This document shows, one piece after another, positions 63,101 through 64,000 of a DNA stretch of 64,000 bases (position 1 is the first letter of the stretch; each line of letters begins with the position of its first letter). The stretch lies in assembly GCA_965649765.1 (NCBI GenBank), contig OZ287748.1, positions 41,292,001 to 41,356,000 on the forward strand. The letters run 5' to 3'. Position numbers and translations under genes: made by a program. The DNA comes from Bispira polyomma. Its lineage: Eukaryota. The notes beneath the pieces were generated by a model. The model did not search any database. It was not told where the DNA came from and saw only the letters and a list, made by a program, of their open reading frames with translations.

Positions 63101-63684
63101 GTTCATCAGACTTTGTTGGTGCTGAGTTTGTTGGTGTGATGATTTAAGCACATACACTGGCAAAAAAGACAGGCACCTCATATGACCTTAAGCAGTCTAT
63201 AATCTAATCTAATCTAGTCATCCTTTTTATAGTGCTTAATCTTTGTACAACAAATTCTAGGGCGGGACAAACCTAAGGATATATCAAAAAATAAAAAATT
63301 GGTGGATGTAGGGTGGTCATAACTAGGAAGACTACCGGAATGGTTGCGACGGCTAAGGTGGAAAGGCCTGTTCAAGAAGGTAGGCCTTCAGCTTACTCCT
63401 GAAAGAGAAGATAGTTTGAGCCACGCTATAATATATACCTGTGGCTACTAGTGCCATGAATGTTGAGATCCTCTCCTGACATGTGTAACCATCACACCAC
63501 CCATGATCCTGTGGTCCATTAATTAGGTCAAGGTAGCCATCTCCCAGAATAGCCACAGGGCTGACTCGTCGCTTCTCTGTGTCTTTGTCCAAGCTTTCTA
63601 GAATGAGCATCTCATAGTTGGCATCCGGACACCAGTAAGCTTGCCAATGAGTATTGTACTCACAGCCTTGGTTTCTTATTATTC
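14636..63684 (-). CDS. PKHD1L1: Fibrocystin-L (PKHD1L1)-like gene, 3' portion; multi-exon, with a four-fold exon cassette and two TM/tail endings; the 5' part lies beyond the window end
   Basis: The exon at 63439-63684 encodes GIIRNQGCEYNTHWQAYWC...ILESLDKDTEKRRVSPVA...LINGPQDHGWCDGYTCQERISTF, and the exon at 60972-61825 encodes ...PQRLDVY...GTNYFDR...LATFLGI. I recognise these as the conserved C-terminal ectodomain of the PKHD1L1 family. All downstream exons join with matching phases. Orthology versus lineage-specific paralogy was not tested. Confidence 0.85.
15170..15430. repeat. Minisatellite, unit about 44 bp, about 6 copies
   Basis: Unit tgaatatatctaaacaagcagcagtgatcttcctattataagt, head to tail with no spacers. 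Confidence 0.9.
17461..17575 (-). CDS. PKHD1L1-like distal transmembrane exon T2
   Basis: ttttag|GAG...TCAG|gtaaaa, 115 nt. Encodes ELDDSGGLHPAVIGVLGVVAVGLVLALFVVLLLKGTKS (hydrophobic helix followed by Lys). Confidence 0.85.
19026..30184 (-). CDS. PKHD1L1-like stalk module 4 (exons A4-E4)
   Basis: A4 30080-30184, B4 28707-28879, C4 26335-26539, D4 25424-25820, E4 19026-19201. All have AG/GT borders and open frames, with phases 0-0-2-0-1-0. Confidence 0.82.
19375..19554. repeat. DIRS 3' inverted terminal repeat
   Basis: Reverse complement of 24962-25140, with about 3 substitutions and 1 indel by hand comparison. Confidence 0.95.
19603..19706. repeat. DIRS internal complementary region (ICR)
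   Basis: The first half is complementary to the element end at 19333-19393 and the second half to the end at about 25117-25163. The halves join at aca 19660-19662. Confidence 0.92.
20349..23256 (-). pseudogene. DIRS tyrosine recombinase ORF (long N-terminal part overlaps pol), disrupted
   Basis: LASGKRRDEIHA, LCPVRSLKHYL, and KAHD*RSMVAS with an in-frame TAG at 20554-20556. A frameshift in the G-run at 20519-20523 then precedes GVSLDQILGACFWKSHNTFTNFYLKD, which carries the catalytic Tyr region. Confidence 0.9.
21396..23564 (-). pseudogene. DIRS pol: reverse transcriptase + RNase H + DNA N6-adenine-methyltransferase-like domain, one nonsense codon
   Basis: WRPVIDL, IDLTDAYFHIP, LPFG, YIDDWL, FTDASNTGWGA. 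The TGA at 22149-22151 sits where Trp is expected. The same frame resumes HINLLELKAV...SDNSS...NVIADSLSR...VDLFAT...YAFCP. Confidence 0.92.
23317..24864 (-). CDS. DIRS gag-like ORF1 with an N-terminal Cys/His cluster
   Basis: Open frame, probably from the ATG at 24864. It contains CGH...DHHGHCLTCRDKG...C...CYLC and a basic C-terminus, lies first in the element and overlaps pol. Confidence 0.85.
   Translation of the reverse strand: MAENELISSVSCQRLAPKCGHEVYEFDHHGHCLTCRDKGLGADVCVSSSPEDCYLCTQMTTDQTRRIQARRLKFHKLPAADAFNDKLLDEASPTPMNKDDSLQLILAELGHLSQRLEKVEGRGRSSKTSTFSRNEESEEEVQSSRHRRKRSESPMEVNQTNESDHVVDKEEDPSYRQLLGTVRSLLELETPSETSKKPAKIFGNRDRSQKQPVLPLTLPPVDKVVVRWKFYEDLAAGRPDPKNTKVLDSTPINRGSFINYSRPAMRFYRSTSNAFSITAPKCQDAFKCITAKNTSQPYNVHIPMKQVAQMETVLRENVQVLSYVSHFVRALDKTLSDSNANVLALADLVKEDEATRRTIKVGDNLQIAGAILGSVDKVLETTVDTSIALACNLQLAHRDSILKTCCSPLDEHDSNRLRRKGFLTADLFNPTTLNDIEKKQAKARFKQPSPKRPRYSDSKASYNKSYQQTYHSKSSTFKPNQSQNWSKGRGSDFKKSTGYQSHTSTRGARGSGRRT
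24962..25140. repeat. DIRS 5' inverted terminal repeat (presumed promoter)
   Basis: Inverted copy of 19375-19554, immediately upstream of gag. Confidence 0.95.
26846..28160 (-). mobile_element. 5'-truncated L2/CR1-group LINE, decayed
   Basis: Fragments LLDLSAAFNTIDH, YADD, ANALVSSRFDYCNSLL and YLFNLAYPP, with a (TAA)n-like 3' tail at about 26846-26863. Present only in module 4. Confidence 0.88.
28945..29200 (-). mobile_element. Old L2/CR1-group 3' fragment shared by the A-B introns of modules 2-4 (also about 33195-33745 and about 38090-38380)
   Basis: Translates to ...FRNHLKTYLFRLAY, a LINE ORF2 C-terminus. It sits at the same position in three cassettes and is missing at about 60140-60180. 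Confidence 0.7.
30543..34741 (-). CDS. PKHD1L1-like stalk module 3 (exons A3-E3)
   Basis: A3 34637-34741, B3 32962-33134, C3 32120-32324, D3 31216-31612, E3 30543-30718. Canonical splice sites and open frames. Confidence 0.82.
33310..33560 (-). mobile_element. tRNA-derived SINE with a 15-bp target-site duplication
   Basis: TSD ggaagagactgagaa at 33295-33309 and 33561-33575, an A/B-box-like head, and the same family as 10344-10598. Confidence 0.9.
33950..33987. repeat. (AT)n microsatellite
   Basis: Pure dinucleotide run. Confidence 0.95.
35304..39458 (-). CDS. PKHD1L1-like stalk module 2 (exons A2-E2)
   Basis: A2 39354-39458, B2 37844-38016, C2 36740-36944, D2 35936-36335 (400 nt, one extra codon), E2 35304-35479. 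Canonical sites and open frames. Confidence 0.82.
38549..38723. mobile_element. MITE (CAGT-ended) specific to module 2
   Basis: ta|cagtcgaaccc...gggtttgactg|tg. The empty site tagctataatagttaaaag is seen at about 33804-33822. Confidence 0.75.
39716..39765 (-). pseudogene. Remnant 3' end of an additional exon E
   Basis: GATGGAGAAGAGAGGTTGCCAGTTGAG|gtttgttacaat matches the E-exon end and donor. No matching 5' part or acceptor is present. Confidence 0.7.
43305..44595 (-). mobile_element. 5'-truncated, relatively young L2/CR1-group LINE inserted into L1-like element b
   Basis: AFDTIDH, GVPQGSVLGPILF, FYADDTQLY, LKLNPEKTE, RLDYCNSL, LHWLPI. One frameshift near 44350 and an (ATTAG)n 3' tail. Confidence 0.92.
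46190..46945. repeat. Degenerate tandem repeat block
   Basis: Recurrent cacatattactatgttatctgccac...gaaatttctgccactgatactttatagagta...catgcataat units. Confidence 0.6.
48517..48898 (-). CDS. PKHD1L1-like proximal terminal exon Z1 (frameshifted tail; actual stop at 48609, ancestral stop at 48517)
   Basis: Acceptor aaacag|GACGATCA at 48898; paralogous to Z2. After ENSK the frame shifts, and the homologous HHQHHMRGRQVVVTRQGSL...PLPEPK* lies in another frame. Confidence 0.75.
49529..49643 (-). CDS. PKHD1L1-like proximal transmembrane exon T1
   Basis: ttttag|GAG...TCAG|gtaaat, 115 nt. Encodes ELDDSGGLHPAVIGVLGVVAVGLVLALILVLLLKGTKS, 2 aa different from T2. Confidence 0.85.
50925..51165. repeat. 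Degenerate repeat of about 22 bp (tagtatctacaagttagtaac) followed by (AT)n
   Basis: Visible units at 50925-51095 and an AT run at 51133-51165. Confidence 0.75.
51230..54950 (+). mobile_element. Decayed L1/Tx1-like LINE ORF2 (endonuclease to RT and C-terminal region)
   Basis: LRISSINIKG, FIICGDLNLV...LIDIWR, LLLIDFEKAFDSLEW, QQGDPLS. Same family as element a at 40681-47640 but in the opposite orientation. Confidence 0.8.
55845..60115 (-). CDS. PKHD1L1-like stalk module 1 (exons B1-E1; its A segment is the 3' end of the 60972-61825 exon)
   Basis: B1 59943-60115, C1 58711-58915, D1 57029-57425, E1 55845-56020. Canonical sites and open frames. Confidence 0.88.
56440..56865 (-). mobile_element. 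Short, internally deleted L2/CR1-group 3' fragment
   Basis: DKTEFILIG...KNLGVT and FRKKLKTYLFRLAYPP, with a (CAATA)n tail. The 3' end resembles 26860-26915. Present only in module 1. Confidence 0.75.
57373..57810. repeat. Tandem repeat of about 120 bp, 4 copies, spanning the exon D1 acceptor
   Basis: The unit contains about 52 nt of exon D plus the upstream intron. AG copies lie at 57426-57427 (true), 57546-57547, 57666-57667 and 57785-57786. Confidence 0.9.
58060..58510. repeat. Minisatellite, unit about 92 bp, about 5 copies
   Basis: Unit gtaactcaaatgttagcacagctaa...ggtccatgcactcagatacagctgaacctctatcacttataattagagct, near-identical with no spacers. Confidence 0.92.
60972..61825 (-). CDS. 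PKHD1L1: PKHD1L1-like conserved ectodomain exon X2
   Basis: ttttcag|ATAAACAT at 61825 (phase 1) and CTG|gtaggt at 60972 (phase 0). Contains PQRLDVY, GTNYFDR and a polybasic KKKKKRQS. Confidence 0.9.
63200..63423 (-). mobile_element. 3'-end fragment of the same L2/CR1-group family as 43305-44595
   Basis: SFRSKLKAYLLEQAFPP*, and a 3' UTR and (ATTAG)n tail collinear with 43305-43533. Confidence 0.88.
63439..63684 (-). CDS. PKHD1L1: PKHD1L1-like conserved ectodomain exon X1
   Basis: ttcaag|GAATAATA at 63684 and ACAG|gtatat at 63439. Contains the GPQDHGWCDGYTCQER signature. Confidence 0.9.
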
Positions 63685-64000
63685 CTTGAATACAATATGA
63701 AATACAGTGGAATTAACCTATATTATAATTTTAAAATAGCAATAAAATACTTCCAACTCTTATTTATGCGCATACTGAATACCCACTGTGGTCCTCCCTT
63801 TGAACCCTTTTTTCTGGTGGAAATAAATACAGACAAATGTCTAAACTCATTTCCAAATTTACATTTTCCTATTGTGTCATACAGAAATAACTCACTAATT
63901 TTTTGAAACTTCTACTATCTGATGATAAAATCTGATTGTAAACCTTTCATAGTAAGTAATATGAGAAAAAACCAAGAAATTGCAGGGGTTCCTTATCCCT

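Overview
This is AT-rich, intron-containing animal genomic DNA. The repeat content looks like that of a marine invertebrate (lophotrochozoan-like), but the species cannot be read from the sequence. Both host genes lie on the minus strand. (1) Positions 1-4391 hold the 5' part of a BTB/POZ + C2H2 zinc-finger gene that runs off the left edge. (2) Positions 14636-63684 hold the 3' part of a fibrocystin-L (PKHD1L1)-like gene that enters from the right edge. Its organisation is the main result. After the conserved PKHD1L1-type exons, a phase-0/phase-0 five-exon cassette (A-B-C-D-E, 105/173/205/397/176 nt, about 352 aa) occurs four times. Each cassette encodes two beta-sandwich-like repeats and a SEA-like GSIVV segment, and all reading frames and GT-AG sites are intact. 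There are two separate transmembrane + cytoplasmic-tail endings: one after module 1 (tail frameshifted) and one after module 4 (tail intact). This layout could make receptors with different stalk lengths and tails. Splicing was inferred from DNA only. The introns carry a full-length but inactivated DIRS1-type tyrosine-recombinase retrotransposon (19333-25163, with ITRs and ICR), several L2/CR1-group and decayed L1/Tx1-like LINE fragments, tRNA-headed SINEs, TA-flanked MITEs and minisatellites. All coordinates and identities were read by hand, and no database search was run.
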